Assembly (NCBI GenBank): GCA_951406725.2
Contig: OX597830.1
Coordinates: forward strand, 46,624,001 to 46,688,000
Direction: 5' to 3'
Length of the DNA: 64,000 nucleotides
DNA from: Octopus vulgaris
Taxonomy: Eukaryota
The translations under genes and the position numbers were made by a program. The notes beneath the pieces are model-generated. The model made no database searches and was not told the origin of the DNA. It worked only from the letters and a program-made list of their open reading frames with translations. The stretch's first letter is position 1. Every line of letters starts with the position of its first letter. Below are positions 14,115 through 24,783 of this stretch, piece by piece.

Positions 14115-15126
14115 CATACATGTTTGAGATTCAGGAGTGAACCATTTCCTTCTAAGTTTGCAAATATTCAAACTGTCTAATGCATGTTGGCATGGAAACA
14201 TATTTAGGATTCTTGAAAATGAAGTTTTCTATTTGACACAACATTATCAACTATTTCGAATTGTGATTTAATGTTATTGTTGCAACGATTTTTTCCAACA
14301 GATACAGTGACTTACTGGCCCTGGCAGAAGACTTTGACGACATGAAGACCACTCGTGTACTTAGAGGACGGAGAACCCGTGACAATTCCTCCACCAAAGT
14401 GATCAAAGTGAAAAAGGAGGAGACGGAAAGTGAAGCCAGCACCAGCGAGGTGAGTTGTGCACAGTTGTCTCCCTTCACTTCGTAACGGCCTTCCCCCCCC
14501 TGCACGAGTGTCCCGTGGAGGCACGTGATGAATGAACAGTGGTAGTTTTCTCCTCTTTGACCCCAAGAATGAATAACGCCACAACAGTTGTCTCCCTTGC
14601 GATCTCGTAGTTCGTTCGCGGATCTGTTTCGAGGACTGCAAGGAGCTGTAGGGTTACATAGTATATTAAATATGTTACTCCAAGTGTCATATCGTTTGCA
14701 AATATTCCCTTTCATGCTATGTCCTGAAATCATGTTAATTCCAACTTGCGGTCGTTTATCATTACGTCAGTGCTGGTGCCACATAAAAAATCCCCCAGTA
14801 CATGTTAGGGGCATCCAGCTGTAGAAACCAGGCCAAAACAGACAGGGGAACCTGGGGTGGCTGCTGGCCTTTCCAGCTCCTGCCAGAATTTTGTCACACA
14901 ATCTAACTACATATACACAACATAGATTCATAGGAATACACTCGTTTGTGTGATTGTGTGTGTCTGTATCTGATTCTTGTTTCTTTTTTTTTTGTCTTAG
15001 GAGGAAGATGTGAAACCGAAGCCGAAGAAACGGAAGAAAGGATCAGCCACAACAACAGCAGCAACAACAACAACAGCATCATCATCATCAGCAACATCAG
15101 CTGCCATTGATGAGGACAGTGATTGA
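114..15126 (+). CDS. INTS3: Integrator complex subunit 3 (SOSS-A), 3' part of a multi-exon gene; 15 coding exons in the window, 5' exons lie upstream
   Basis: Fifteen GT-AG exons (1396 nt) join in one frame. Peptides include DQEVQCEIIDKLVQHILRDEDFD, EESIEDSIGTPLFVIFRN, MYQKQPHIGYHMLYFLK, CQEDDVRL, LIMFRKDS, SLEWETIEQYFLWQL, HSEAL, KYSDLLALAEDF, EEDVKPKPKKRKKG...DSD*. These are colinear with the C-terminal half of vertebrate INTS3 as recalled. Confidence 0.96.
498..601 (+). CDS. INTS3: INTS3 exon (window exon 2)
   Basis: ttttcag acceptor; EDFDQDMASTLAICLCQILGHLFMSNLFPQEVDE; gtaagt donor. Confidence 0.93.
643..856. repeat. Intronic inverted repeat / fold-back element
   Basis: 643-709 (ttaaattc...gagatgtctt) is the near reverse complement of 794-856. 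Confidence 0.8.
1165..2030 (+). mobile_element. Cluster of about four degenerate tRNA-derived SINE copies (family A)
   Basis: Repeated ggcagaat..ttag / gagttcaaattc / gactttgcctttcatcct..gataaa..gtaccag modules separated by short (TTA)/(CTA) tails. Confidence 0.8.
2180..2585 (+). mobile_element. SINE-like repeat with (GAT)n tail (family B)
   Basis: ggtggcacgtaaaaagcacc...ggcatccagctgtagaaac...gcatggaaagcagatgttaaacgatgatgat; related copies at 11545-11667, 14770-14880 and reversed at 20566-20950. Confidence 0.75.
2594..2785 (+). mobile_element. tRNA-derived SINE (family A, tail type B)
   Basis: B-box-like gagttcaaattcc, central gactttgccttcatcctttcagggtcgataaattaagtaccag, tail ggccttgtgcctttagtagaaagg. 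Confidence 0.85.
2997..3041 (+). CDS. INTS3: INTS3 exon (window exon 3)
   Basis: attcag acceptor; SIEDSIGTPLFVIF; gtaggt donor. Confidence 0.92.
3690..4174 (-). mobile_element. 5'-truncated Penelope-like retroelement remnant with inverted terminal repeat copy, tRNA-like cassette and hammerhead-like motif
   Basis: Minus strand 4050->3913 reads HHRKIQKLKEAAHMLGHNNLLSRPSADMSSIWEPVLRKDRRILDL*, resembling a PLE GIY-YIG C-terminus; 3695-3724 is the reverse complement of 4101-4131; TGATGA..GAAAC motif at 4046-4083. Confidence 0.75.
4333..4452 (+). CDS. INTS3: INTS3 exon (window exon 4)
   Basis: ccttccag acceptor; NFCSTAEEDPIRQPLLFLMDEMYQKQPHIGYHMLYFLKV; gtaagg donor. Confidence 0.93.
5265..5427 (+). 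repeat. 19-bp minisatellite (gtgactcactactcacYca), about 8.5 units
   Basis: Units start at 5281, 5300, 5319, 5338, 5357, 5376, 5395 and 5414. Confidence 0.95.
5958..6051 (+). CDS. INTS3: INTS3 exon (window exon 5)
   Basis: ttttcag acceptor; KVNDDKMSSYRDFCKSLDGKDLESCLMNDLR; gtaaat donor. Confidence 0.92.
6520..6742 (-). mobile_element. Degenerate piggyBac-like MITE
   Basis: Reverse-oriented relative of 12722-12932; ends in ctaaaggg. Confidence 0.5.
7257..7316 (+). CDS. INTS3: INTS3 exon (window exon 6)
   Basis: gtttag acceptor; ICQEDDVRLFTYLLPDIYTH; gtaagt donor. Confidence 0.93.
8078..8290 (+). mobile_element. tRNA-derived SINE (family A)
   Basis: gagctggcagaattgttagcat...gttctgagttcaaattctg...aagtaccagtt...ggccatgtgccaaaatttgaaacc. 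Confidence 0.8.
8312..8623. repeat. Long intronic inverted repeat (arms about 143 bp, 26-nt spacer)
   Basis: 8312-8454 pairs with 8481-8623 with scattered mismatches. Confidence 0.92.
8895..8963 (+). CDS. INTS3: INTS3 exon (window exon 7)
   Basis: ttctcag acceptor; FPNIVIGNTELLQMIVSCIDAVQ; gtgagt donor. Confidence 0.93.
9298..9373 (+). CDS. INTS3: INTS3 exon (window exon 8)
   Basis: tttccag acceptor; LQDLICQILQGHLIMFRKDSFLYVL; gtaagt donor. Confidence 0.94.
10240..10353 (+). CDS. INTS3: INTS3 exon (window exon 9)
   Basis: ccaccag acceptor; ASLEWETIEQYFLWQLITAHSIPVEHIMPVLPKLEFC; gtaagt donor. Confidence 0.93.
11004..11448 (+). repeat. (AAT/GAT)n compound microsatellite
   Basis: Seen directly; source of the poly-N/I/L ORFs. 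Confidence 0.97.
11487..11535 (+). CDS. INTS3: INTS3 exon (window exon 10)
   Basis: gtacag acceptor; HSEALASIMILLKQE; gtaagt donor. Confidence 0.91.
12337..12504 (+). CDS. INTS3: INTS3 exon (window exon 11)
   Basis: ttgcag acceptor; PTAELLRPLMCREYKKQDLFTVSVMKNWAHEYEDRLAELLYNLLAKSNSTPKKRQ; gtaacc donor. Confidence 0.92.
12722..12932 (+). mobile_element. piggyBac-like MITE
   Basis: TTAA on both sides (12718-12721, 12933-12936); termini tcctttag / ccaaaggg. Confidence 0.65.
13032..13123 (+). CDS. INTS3: INTS3 exon (window exon 12)
   Basis: ctttcag acceptor; NNSAKRDNMPTPDQVLAHLDHMRVVCRNVS; gtaagt donor. Confidence 0.91.
13538..13610 (+). CDS. INTS3: INTS3 exon (window exon 13)
   Basis: cttgtag acceptor; LNHESMQHALQQVQMTASEVQKT; gtgagt donor. 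Confidence 0.91.
14302..14449 (+). CDS. INTS3: INTS3 exon (window exon 14)
   Basis: ccaacag acceptor; YSDLLALAEDFDDMKTTRVLRGRRTRDNSSTKVIKVKKEETESEASTSE; gtgagt donor. Confidence 0.92.
15001..15126 (+). CDS. INTS3: INTS3 terminal coding exon
   Basis: gtcttag acceptor; EEDVKPKPKKRKKGSATTTAATTTTASSSSATSAAIDEDSD then TGA at 15124-15126; basic NLS-like stretch. Confidence 0.92.
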   Translation, partial: EEDVKPKPKKRKKGSATTTAATTTTASSSSATSAAIDEDSD

Positions 15127-15217
15127 ATTGTTGGACAAACAGACAGACCGCCTGTGTTCTATTTTTATCTCACAATTCGTGTGTACATGTGTGTGTATAT
15201 TCATGTGTATATATATA

Positions 15218-15253
<36 letters not shown>

Positions 15254-15340
15254 CACATACACACATATACAAATCTAATATTTACTTGATAGATCTGTGA
15301 ATATATATATATATGTATATATATATATATGCAGGTATGG

Positions 15341-15373
<33 letters not shown>

Positions 15374-16116
15374 CGTGACATCTAATTTTACACAGATATG
15401 TCCTGAGTAAGACTCTAAAATATGCACTACACACATGTATACATGTATGTTTGAAAATATATACCACATGCTCATACACACATGTATATTTGAGTGTGTG
15501 TGTGCGTGTGTGTGTATATGCACACACACACACACAACACATATGCAACTGTGTGTGTGTATAGATGTATGTGTGCCTATTGCTATGGATGAAGAATGAG
15601 ACAATTCCATGTACAGTATCGTCACTCTTTGGTTTGCTTCCTGATTTGGTCAACATTTTTTTTTTAGGATAGAAGGGATAAAAGTCCCAACTGAAGCAAA
15701 CCAAAACAAAACAAAACAAAAAAAAAAAAAGAAAAGAAAAATTAAATAACAAGTGAATAGTTGAGGTGAAAACCACCCCATCATCATTATCATCATCATC
15801 AGCATTGTAATCAGCACATTCGTCATCATCATCGTCATCATCATTATCATCATCATCGTCATCATTTTTATTATTATAGGCCGTTTTTTTTTCCTCTTAC
15901 TTTTATTCCTCTTATCATCATCATCATCATCATGGTCATCATCTTTCTCAGAACCACTCTTACCACCACCACCACCACCACCACCATCTCCATTCCTTTA
16001 TGAAAAAAAAAAGTGAAATGAAAAAGAAACATTTAACAAAAAGAAAACATAAAAAGCTAAATATCAATAATAATGATAATGAGACTAATGATGACAACAA
16101 CAACAACAACAACAAT

Positions 16117-16238
16117 AATAAAAGGACTACATCTTTCTCTGTTTGTAGTTGTGATAAAGTTAATACCTTGTGTTGCTGCTGGATTTGTCTAAGCAAATGG
16201 GAAGTAACGGGAACAACATCAACAGTTGCGAAAATAAA
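16117..16238 (+). terminator. Candidate INTS3 polyadenylation signals
   Basis: AATAAA at 16117-16122 and 16233-16238, about 1 kb after the stop; common motif in AT-rich DNA, usage unproven. Confidence 0.35.
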
Positions 16239-16859
16239 ATGAAATTCTGGAAAAATTATGAAGAAAATATTCAGATTTGAGAAATGAAAAAGAAAGAAAA
16301 ACAAACAAACGATATAATTATTTTTATAATTATTTAGTTACTAACGAGGATTGAATTGATATTGGTCATGGTAGCAAGAGAAAGGGATTCAGATGCTCTT
16401 ATTCTGCTTCTGGCAAATGCGTTATGGAATCGTTGCAGCTTCCAAGAACTATAAAACCGTTTTTATGATTAGTGTTGGAACCTTTCTCAGTTTGACTTTG
16501 CCTTTCAATCCTTAGTTGGTGTGGGTTTCAATAAGATAAATATCCGTCACTTATCGGTGGGGGTCACTATATGGCTGTGTCCTTGATGGTAGTTTCCTCA
16601 GAATGATTTCACTCTTTGCATTGTGACCAGTAACAGAGGAAAAGAATTTAGTGGAAGCATTTAATGCTTAATAAGTTTGTATCGAATGCAAGGTAGAACG
16701 AACTTGCTGCTGTCAGCCGGACTGATGCAAGAATGGTGAGTGTTTTGCTAGCTTGCAAACGCTGAGTTCAATTTTTTGTGCATGTGTGTGTGTGTACCAT
16801 AAGAAGAACTTGCATTTCACTGGTCTAACCTTGAAGTCCCCTCTTGGTGAAACAGACAC

Positions 16860-17100
16860 ATACTTAAGCTCTTTTGCCCCTTATAGAGCAGAGGCCATCA
16901 GTGACTTCATTGTTCTCAGTTCTGGGTCCTCTTTTCTGCTTCCCTCAAATTGGATCCCTGCTTTTTCAGCACTTCCTGCCTGTCCTGTCTCCAGCTATTA
17001 TTTGGGTTTCTAGGTCAGTGCCTGGTATGTAGAGCAGAATATTGGTTTCCTTAAGGTGTGTCCTATCCATTTCAGGATCTGTTCTTCCTTGAGAGAAGGC
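16860..17100 (-). mobile_element. RTE-clade LINE 3' remnant
   Basis: Minus strand reads KWIGHTLRKP...QALT, a typical RTE C-terminal motif; stops present. Confidence 0.6.
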
Positions 17101-18149
17101 CTTTCTCACTCGGGTTTTGTTGGTTTTGATTTGTCATCAATGCTTCTGTAACTTTGCTTTTTCTCTAGCAAAAGACTGTTGGCCGAAGATAAATCCATTT
17201 TTACCATTGGGAAGAGGTGGTCCATATTACTCTGACCTCTAACCTTTGACCTGTCCAGCATGGGAGGCCCAACCACAGGCTTGCACTCTGCTATAATAGC
17301 AATGACCTTTGAAGGTCATTGAGGCACCAAGCCACCTCACTAGAACTACGACTAAGCCTCAATTCTAATGGGGCCCTCATTTATTTTGTGACACTCAGTA
17401 AAGTGTTGAGCCAAATACATTATAGTGCTTTGGTAGATTTAGATTCTGAGTTTGAATCAACTTTTCATTGCTAGGCTTTTTTAAAACACAGTAATTAGTC
17501 AAGTACTAAGTTTGATTCAATTGACTCTAGCACTTCCTCCCAAAATTCAGCCATTGTGCCTATAATATTTTCGGTAATATTTGTGGCTGTTGAACAGAGA
17601 GGCAAGTGAAGCCTGGGATTTGAAACTTTCCTTTAGGGTAGAAGAAAACTACAAACGTGACACTAAATGATTAGCAGTTTTCTTTGTAGCTTTGTGTCCA
17701 GTGATGAGGGGCTGCCACTTGTGGTGAAATCTAGTGAGGCTCAGCAAACTCATGCCAACGTGGGAAATGGTAAAGACAGACATAAAATGCCTTTAAGGCA
17801 TATTTTGGTAAATGTTTATTATAAAAACTTTCATTTGTTAATGTCAGTGTCAGAAGAAATTTGTATTTTTATTGTTAGGGAAGGAAGCAGAACGATAAGG
17901 ACTCCATATTAAGCACTCTGCAGGGTTTTGGTATGAATTCCTCTTCAGTTTGAATTCTCGGTCAATTTGGATTTTTATTTCTCCAACATTGGTTTAAAAA
18001 AAAAAACTACCAGTAATATGCTGAGGTTTAATAAACTAGTGGTTGGTTGTCTGATCAACAGGTGAGCAAATTTAACACATTTAACAGTGATACAATTTGA
18101 TGAGGCGTGACTTTTGAATTAAAGGTATTTATATATATATATATATATA

Positions 18150-18369
18150 CCGGAGTAAACACATAAATGTGAAACAAGGTGGAAAAAAGAGTACTCAAAT
18201 ACCAGGGGTAGAGTAATATGCTTTATGTAAAAGCAGCAGAAATTCAACAAAACCTGTTACTTGGAGTTTCACGTTCCCGTTTGTCGGACAGTACAAAAAC
18301 TGTCCGACAAACGGGAACGTGAAACTCTGAGTAACAGGTTTTGTTGAATTTCTGCTGCTTTTAAATAAA

Positions 18370-18371
<2 letters not shown>
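18150..18371. mobile_element. Fold-back PLE-type element in (TA)n with hammerhead-like motif in both arms (family H1)
   Basis: Arms about 18221-18292 and 18299-18370, loop acaaaa; flanked by (TA)n; homologs at 29830-29993 and 55170-55389. Confidence 0.8.
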
Positions 18372-18405
<34 letters not shown>

Positions 18406-20565
18406 TGAGGGGAGGGAGAGAAAAGCCTTGCTTTGGAGTTGATAAAATATAGTACTTGATTGCTATTGTATTTTAATGACCCTGGGTAACAAAGTGAACC
18501 TCAACTAGATTTGAACACAAGTGCAGAAAGTTGACTAAATACCACAGACGTTCAATGTGAAACCCAATCAATGGTTCTGCTAGTTTGTTACCTTCCAATC
18601 TTGTCTTGTGTCTTATCAAAACAGATTCACTGTTGGATTCCATGGATTCTCTGGGAATGATTACACAATATTTAATCACTTGCCTTCGGTACATGTAGAT
18701 GGCTCCCTTCCTCAATCCTCCATTTACAAAACCATGCCATGGTTATTTAGTAATATTGCCATATATTCTTCCTTCCTATCTTTTGTGGAATCACATTTGC
18801 CATTTATTTCTTCAATGCTCATTTGTACCAGTTCTAGGTTGGTAAAGTACCAATCAAGTATAAGGAGTTGATTTAACTGACTCCTACTAAAATCCACAGC
18901 TGCCTTCTTAAATCAGAAAATCTCTAGATCTATAAACGGCAAAATGTCTGTGTGTCCTTTATACAAATCCACAGTCTTTCACGTAAAAGGCTTGCATTTT
19001 CTATGGGCTTTCAAAACTGTCTGAGGGGGGTCGTGAAGATCTTTTCAGTTACCCAGTCACTCCAGAAAGCCATTAAAAAAATCGATAAACCAACCCCTTA
19101 TGCCCATAAGTTATGGGTATATCCATTCAAAATCGCTAAAACATAGAAATTTGTACGCGGTGCATGAGTACAGCTTGATACGCCAATAGACTGCCAGCTG
19201 TTTTTTGATTGGATGGAGATAATTTTACCCTTGACAGTTGAATGCGCATGCGCATTTGCAGACAGTCTGTCTGTCTCAGTGCATTTTTGTGTTTTGCGAA
19301 GTGTTATATGTTTTGGCTTTTAAATGTGCACGCTTTTTTGATTTGAGAAATGCAGGGAATAATTAACGTGTTAGACCAAGTGAATGACAAGAGAACGAGA
19401 TTTTCATGAAAGACCAAATATACTTGATATGCTATCATTCCTTAAGTGTGCCATAAAAGAGTTGGAGCCTATTCAATGAAGGGCTTTACTTTTATGCTTT
19501 CTGTTGATTTAAGTTATCCAGCGAGAGAACCCAGGATGTTTTATTCAAGAAGGATTAAAAATGAAAAATGGGTCAGTTGCCCCCCCGCAAAGGAATTTTA
19601 ATAAAAAACCTTTGTTTGCATTCAGCCTACGATCGAATTATTTGCTACCTACACAGCAGGGGCATAGGGTTATCAGGGTGATCCTTTTGGTGCAAGAAAT
19701 CTTAATTTGATTCAAATTTACCAAAATTGCCAATCAATCAGTGGAAACTCAATAAAACTATTCCTTGCAGGTTTCTGCATTTAAATTGACTGCAACCTTT
19801 CCTTTTAGTCCTAACTTGAAGTACAAATGACCTAAAATACAAAGATTTTCTTAAGCGAAATTTCATGCTTTAGTGTTTTGAGATATGAGTGAAAATTGAG
19901 ATGCTAATTAATTTCCAGTCACATTTTTCCGCTCGCTAGGAAATTTGAAAACTTTGTCAGCCCTGATTATTCATTTCATTTTGTTGGTGAAGATTTGCTT
20001 TCATGGTGGTCTTTATCGATTTTCTAACATGCTCCCCCTTCATCTTCACCAAAGCCGCCAAATTTGCGATGATTAATTACCCAGGGCAGCTGCACCTCTG
20101 GGTGGGCTCAGAATCTGCAGAGGCTCAGTCAAACGTTTTAAAAAACATATGCGATGGAAAGGCGAACATAATTTCTGAAAACAAAGAAAGGGATTTAGCA
20201 CAAAATGAAGCAATGTTTATCTGTAAAAAGCCTGGGTTTTGTTTTTACCCCATTTTATAGCTAACCAAACAGAAGTACACCGGTACCTAAGACGATTCAA
20301 GGCTAGAACTCCAACAGTATTTCTGCACTACCTTGATTAAGTAAGAACTTTTTATTGAAACACTGGAAACGAACAACAATCACCAGCGCTAGTGTTAGTA
20401 TTTCTAATATTGTTCTTTTCTTTTTATTCGCAGACAGCATAATTATTTCCTGTCTTTAATGCTCCTTGCATAAAGTCCATCAATACTAACTTCCCTGTGA
20501 TGTAATACATTTACATTTAACTATATTCTTTAACAATGTCGAGACACAGCAAAATATTGTGTTTC

Positions 20566-20950
20566 ATCATCATCATCATCATCGTTTAACGTCCGTTCTC
20601 CATGCTAGCATGGGTTGGACGGTTCGACCGGGGTTCTGGGAAGCCAGAAGGCTGCACCAGGCTCCAGTCTAATCTGGCAATGTTTCTACAGCTGGATGCC
20701 CTTCCTAACGCCAACCACTCCGTGAGTGTAGTGGGTGCTTTTTACGTGCCACCTGCACAGGTGCCAGGCGAGGCTGGCCACGGTCAGATTGGTGTATTTT
20801 ATGAGGCGGTGCTGGCATCGGTCACGAGTCGGATAGTGCTTTTTACGTATCACCAGACCAGGGATCCTGGCTGGTTCAATTCGATTTCGATTTCGCTTGC
20901 CCCAACATGTCTTCACAAGCAAAGGGGGTTGGCATGGGTGCCTGTCGTAC
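20566..20950 (-). mobile_element. SINE-like repeat family B, (GAT)n tail
   Basis: Reverse-complement similarity to 2380-2585: catcatcatcgtttaacgtccg...tttctacagctggatgcccttcc. Confidence 0.8.
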
Positions 20951-21834
20951 GGTCTGTGTTTGTTGCATATTTTCTAATCTTGCATTGATGTGTTTAGTTC
21001 AGTGATATTGAAGAAGTGAAATGCATAGCATCGCAGACATGCTGTGTGGGTTTAGGGGCTGCCAAAAGGTTGCTTAATCCTAAAGGTAAAACTAAAATAC
21101 ATGGAAACAGCAATCCAATAATGATTATCAAAGAAATTAACATTTTGGTTCATTGTTGTGAGCAGAGGCAGCTTGTAGTGCTGAGTTCAAGTCCTGGTCT
21201 TGGAAAAGACCCAAATTATATATCAACCGTCTCCAGTGGTGTATATCTTGTATATCGTGTATATACACGGCTGTATATCTTGTACATCCATAGCATCCTC
21301 GTGCATTAATATCTGGCGACCTGGTGTCGTATTTTAACTGGTGATATTCTAATTTGCATACCTTGTTAACCCTAATATCAGAACCCTGTTAACCCGGATC
21401 TCAGTCCACACAGTATCAAGTTGATATACATATAGTGTACTGTTGTACGGTGAGATCAAGAAAAATGTCAATCCAGGGAGAGATTTTAAAATGCGAGCTA
21501 CAATAAATTTCATGTCTCTGATAATATAATTGTCGGACGACAATTGTATTATCATGTAACATGCCATGTATATCGAGCAGTATTTCAGGCTGAAAATAGA
21601 ACGTGGTTGTTCTGGGAAAAACGATAGAGAACAGGAAAAAAGTAAATGAAGAAAGAAAACAAAGGAGCATGGATGATAATAGAAACTTATCCAGATGCTT
21701 ACATTTAGTGAAAATCTCAGTTCGAGAATTCAGTAGGTCGTTCGGTTTCTGAGTTTTAAGAACACACACACACACACACACACACACATCTAGATCGGTG
21801 AGGCTGTCTGGTGTCAAGTCGTCTCTGCTTGTCA

Positions 21835-22003
21835 CAGCATTCGGTCCATTCCCCTCGTGCTCACGCCATTCTCCTCCACGTTGTTCCAAACATAAAAAAA
21901 AATCCCATCTTCCAACCTGATTGGAGGTCTTCCGAGTGGTCTCTTCCGTTCGCGCAGGTGCCACTCGACAACTGCACGGGTCCACCGATTGTCTGTGAAC
22001 CTT
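21835..22003 (-). mobile_element. RTE-like LINE 3' fragment
   Basis: RFTDNRWTRAVVEWHLRERKRPLGRPPIRLED; homologous fragment at 37040-37360. Confidence 0.75.
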
Positions 22004-24414
22004 GAAGAGAATAACAAGTTGCATAATGCAACATTTTTACTTTTCAAAAATTCCAATTCTAAAGGGTCGAAACAAACCCAAGCAACACCGGGTGATACTA
22101 CTAGTTTTCTATAATTTATTTTTAAAATCTGATGTTTACGATAACCTCATTAGATTCAACCATGCATATTCTAAATCATGCCAGTTTAGTTAGTGTTAGG
22201 TCGCCAGTGTTTCAAACGTATGCATAAACTGAAACCCAATGCAACATACGAGAAATGCACCTCCAAAACAAAAAAAAAAAAAGGAAAGAAGTTTAATGTG
22301 CTGAATCTATTGTGTCTATTAAAGAACTTCATTAACCAACCATTTATGTTATACTTCCAACGTTAAAATCATAAGACATTCCCAAACCTCATAACTAGAG
22401 AATGTTTCAATGTCTACAGCACATCCTGGCACAAAAACAATACAGCCAACACAAGAGGAAGTGCAATTGTCTGGTAGCTAAATAACCGTTGTACACTAAA
22501 CAACCAGTATCAACACACTCAACGAAAGAAACAAGAACTTTTCTGCAGACATTGCGTTATATTCCACAGACTTAGCCATCATAACCGCTCCCCCCCCAAT
22601 CTCCAGCTGATCACCTCTCCATTATCATAAATTCAATCAAGGAGCAAAATAAAAGATTTTCAGAGACTTCGAAAAATTTCGTAGGGACAACTTCCAGCAA
22701 CAGACGGAATCACCATTCATAGAATTCAATAACAAGAATTGTCAACACCCACTTTTTCCACCAGCAACATAGATTCACGCCACTGCAAGCATGACCACTT
22801 TTCACAGATCTTGCACTCTCCATCCAATCTCATTAAGACCTACACAAAGAGAACAGCTCGACACGTTTCGAGTAGATGGAAATTAAAAATAATCTCGAAT
22901 CAAAGATAATCGCGAAACAAGTTGAAATATTTTCGGATTCAATTAAATAATTTTCTAATTGAATAATGCCAACAAACCCTATTTCCTATTTCGATTAATT
23001 ATGTAAACACTAATCTGGAACCTCTTGAACAAGTATCAAACCATCTTTCATGAGTTTATGGAAATAACTGAATTTGAAATTAGGAAACAGAGTTATTCCG
23101 GTCGTAAAAGTATTTGTTTGAGTAAAATATTTCTTCAAAATGATTTGCTAGAATTCGTTCAAACAATCTATATGTTGAATGTAAATATTCACGAAGATTC
23201 TTCAATGTTGTGGATATTATTTTGTTCTGCTCAGCAGATGATACGAAATGTTTGTGTTCTTTGTTCTTGATTGCATTCACAGATATTTCCACAAATGTGA
23301 TGTACGGTTCCTGCGTAACTAATTCTATTTTGGTGTCTTTATCAATATAACAATTATAGTATAGATGTGTTGTATGTACGAAAAGATTCCCAGCTTTTTG
23401 TCAACAGCTGATAGAACACGGATACGAATTTTCAGTTGGCGACTCTTTGTATGGTTCCTGTTAGCTTTTTTGATACCTCGCGATACGTAAGTTTTTGTAG
23501 CCTGAGTGAAGCTATCGTTACTTCGAGACTGACTTTTACCATCTGTAGGTAAACACTGTATTGAAAACGGATAAGTTCAAACAGTCCAAAACAGATATCT
23601 AATATGTTTTATCTAAGAATCTTCTGTTTAATTTGCTCCGAGATTATTTTAATTTGTATCTGAAAAAAATCAAAAGTACAAGTTATAAATCTATCACACA
23701 TTATGCCTGTCCAGCCTGGACCACCAACTGGAATAAACCATAAGGAACAAAACATCTGCCTTGGTTTTATAAAGAGATTCATAGAAATCCAATATGCTAT
23801 ATCTCCGATATATAAATCCATTTTCTATATCTCTGAGACTTGTGAAAAGAGACTGGAAACTGTTTGAATCCTTGTATAGAATAGGTTTCGCTAAAAGCAC
23901 AGAAGGGGCCAGTTGGTAGTGTTAAACCGGGCAATAGATTAAGGCCATCACCTCAAATACAGAACTGTCCTTTCGACGGATTTCCCCAATTTTCCTTTAT
24001 CAAACCTTACTTACAAAATTTTCGTCAACCCGAAGCTATGACAAAAGACACCAAGAAGCCGCGCTGTCAGATTGAACCCAGAAAGGAATTAAATATTGCA
24101 AAAGTGCTTAGTCCGCTACTCTAACGATTCTGGCCCGACACCGCCTTTATGCAGTGTTAGTAGTTGTAACAAGATAATTTGGTAGAGAAGTGTTGTAGAC
24201 TTTTATCTTCGTCTTCTTTGCAAAAGGTTTCTATCAGCGGCTGCTCTTCTCACCACTGAAATGTTTCAAGTTTCATTATCAGATCTCCGCCTCATATCTT
24301 GCCAAAAGTTCAGCCTTTTCTTTTCGTAACACTTGAACCGAACTCAGGGCTGTTAGCAGTCTCACTGCTAGATAAATTATTACATCCACTGCGATAGCCG
24401 TACGTACGTACGTA

Positions 24415-24468
<54 letters not shown>

Positions 24469-24742
24469 GTCGTATGAAGCATTGATTTTACTTGAGTATA
24501 TATATATATAATATAAATAATATATAAATATATGCATATATACATACATATATGTACGTACCTACATCTATATGTATATATACATGCATATATGGGTACA
24601 GGACATAAAAAAAAAACGTTGAACACAATGAGAAACGAAAACATAAAAACAAAAATATGGAAACGAACTATTTTTCAAACAACGAAAAAACAGAGTACAA
24701 GACAAAAAACATAAGACATGTCCCTGTTTCGTCTACTCCGCG

Positions 24743-24783
<41 letters not shown>

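Larger units (their letters stand above)
18921..22104 (+). mobile_element. Putative non-autonomous Helitron with nested insertions
   Basis: 5' A|TCTCTAGATCTATAAA at 18921; 3' cccaagcaacaccggg hairpin + CTAG|T at 22101-22105, similar to the end at 35791. That the two ends belong together is inferred. Confidence 0.5.

Noticed and set aside
14251-14733. 160-aa minus-strand ORF
   Set aside because: Antisense shadow of INTS3 exon 14 plus intron; no recognisable protein.
18221-18370. pre-miRNA call for the hairpins
   Set aside because: Multicopy, near-perfect arms with variable loops and repeat-like context; no small-RNA evidence.
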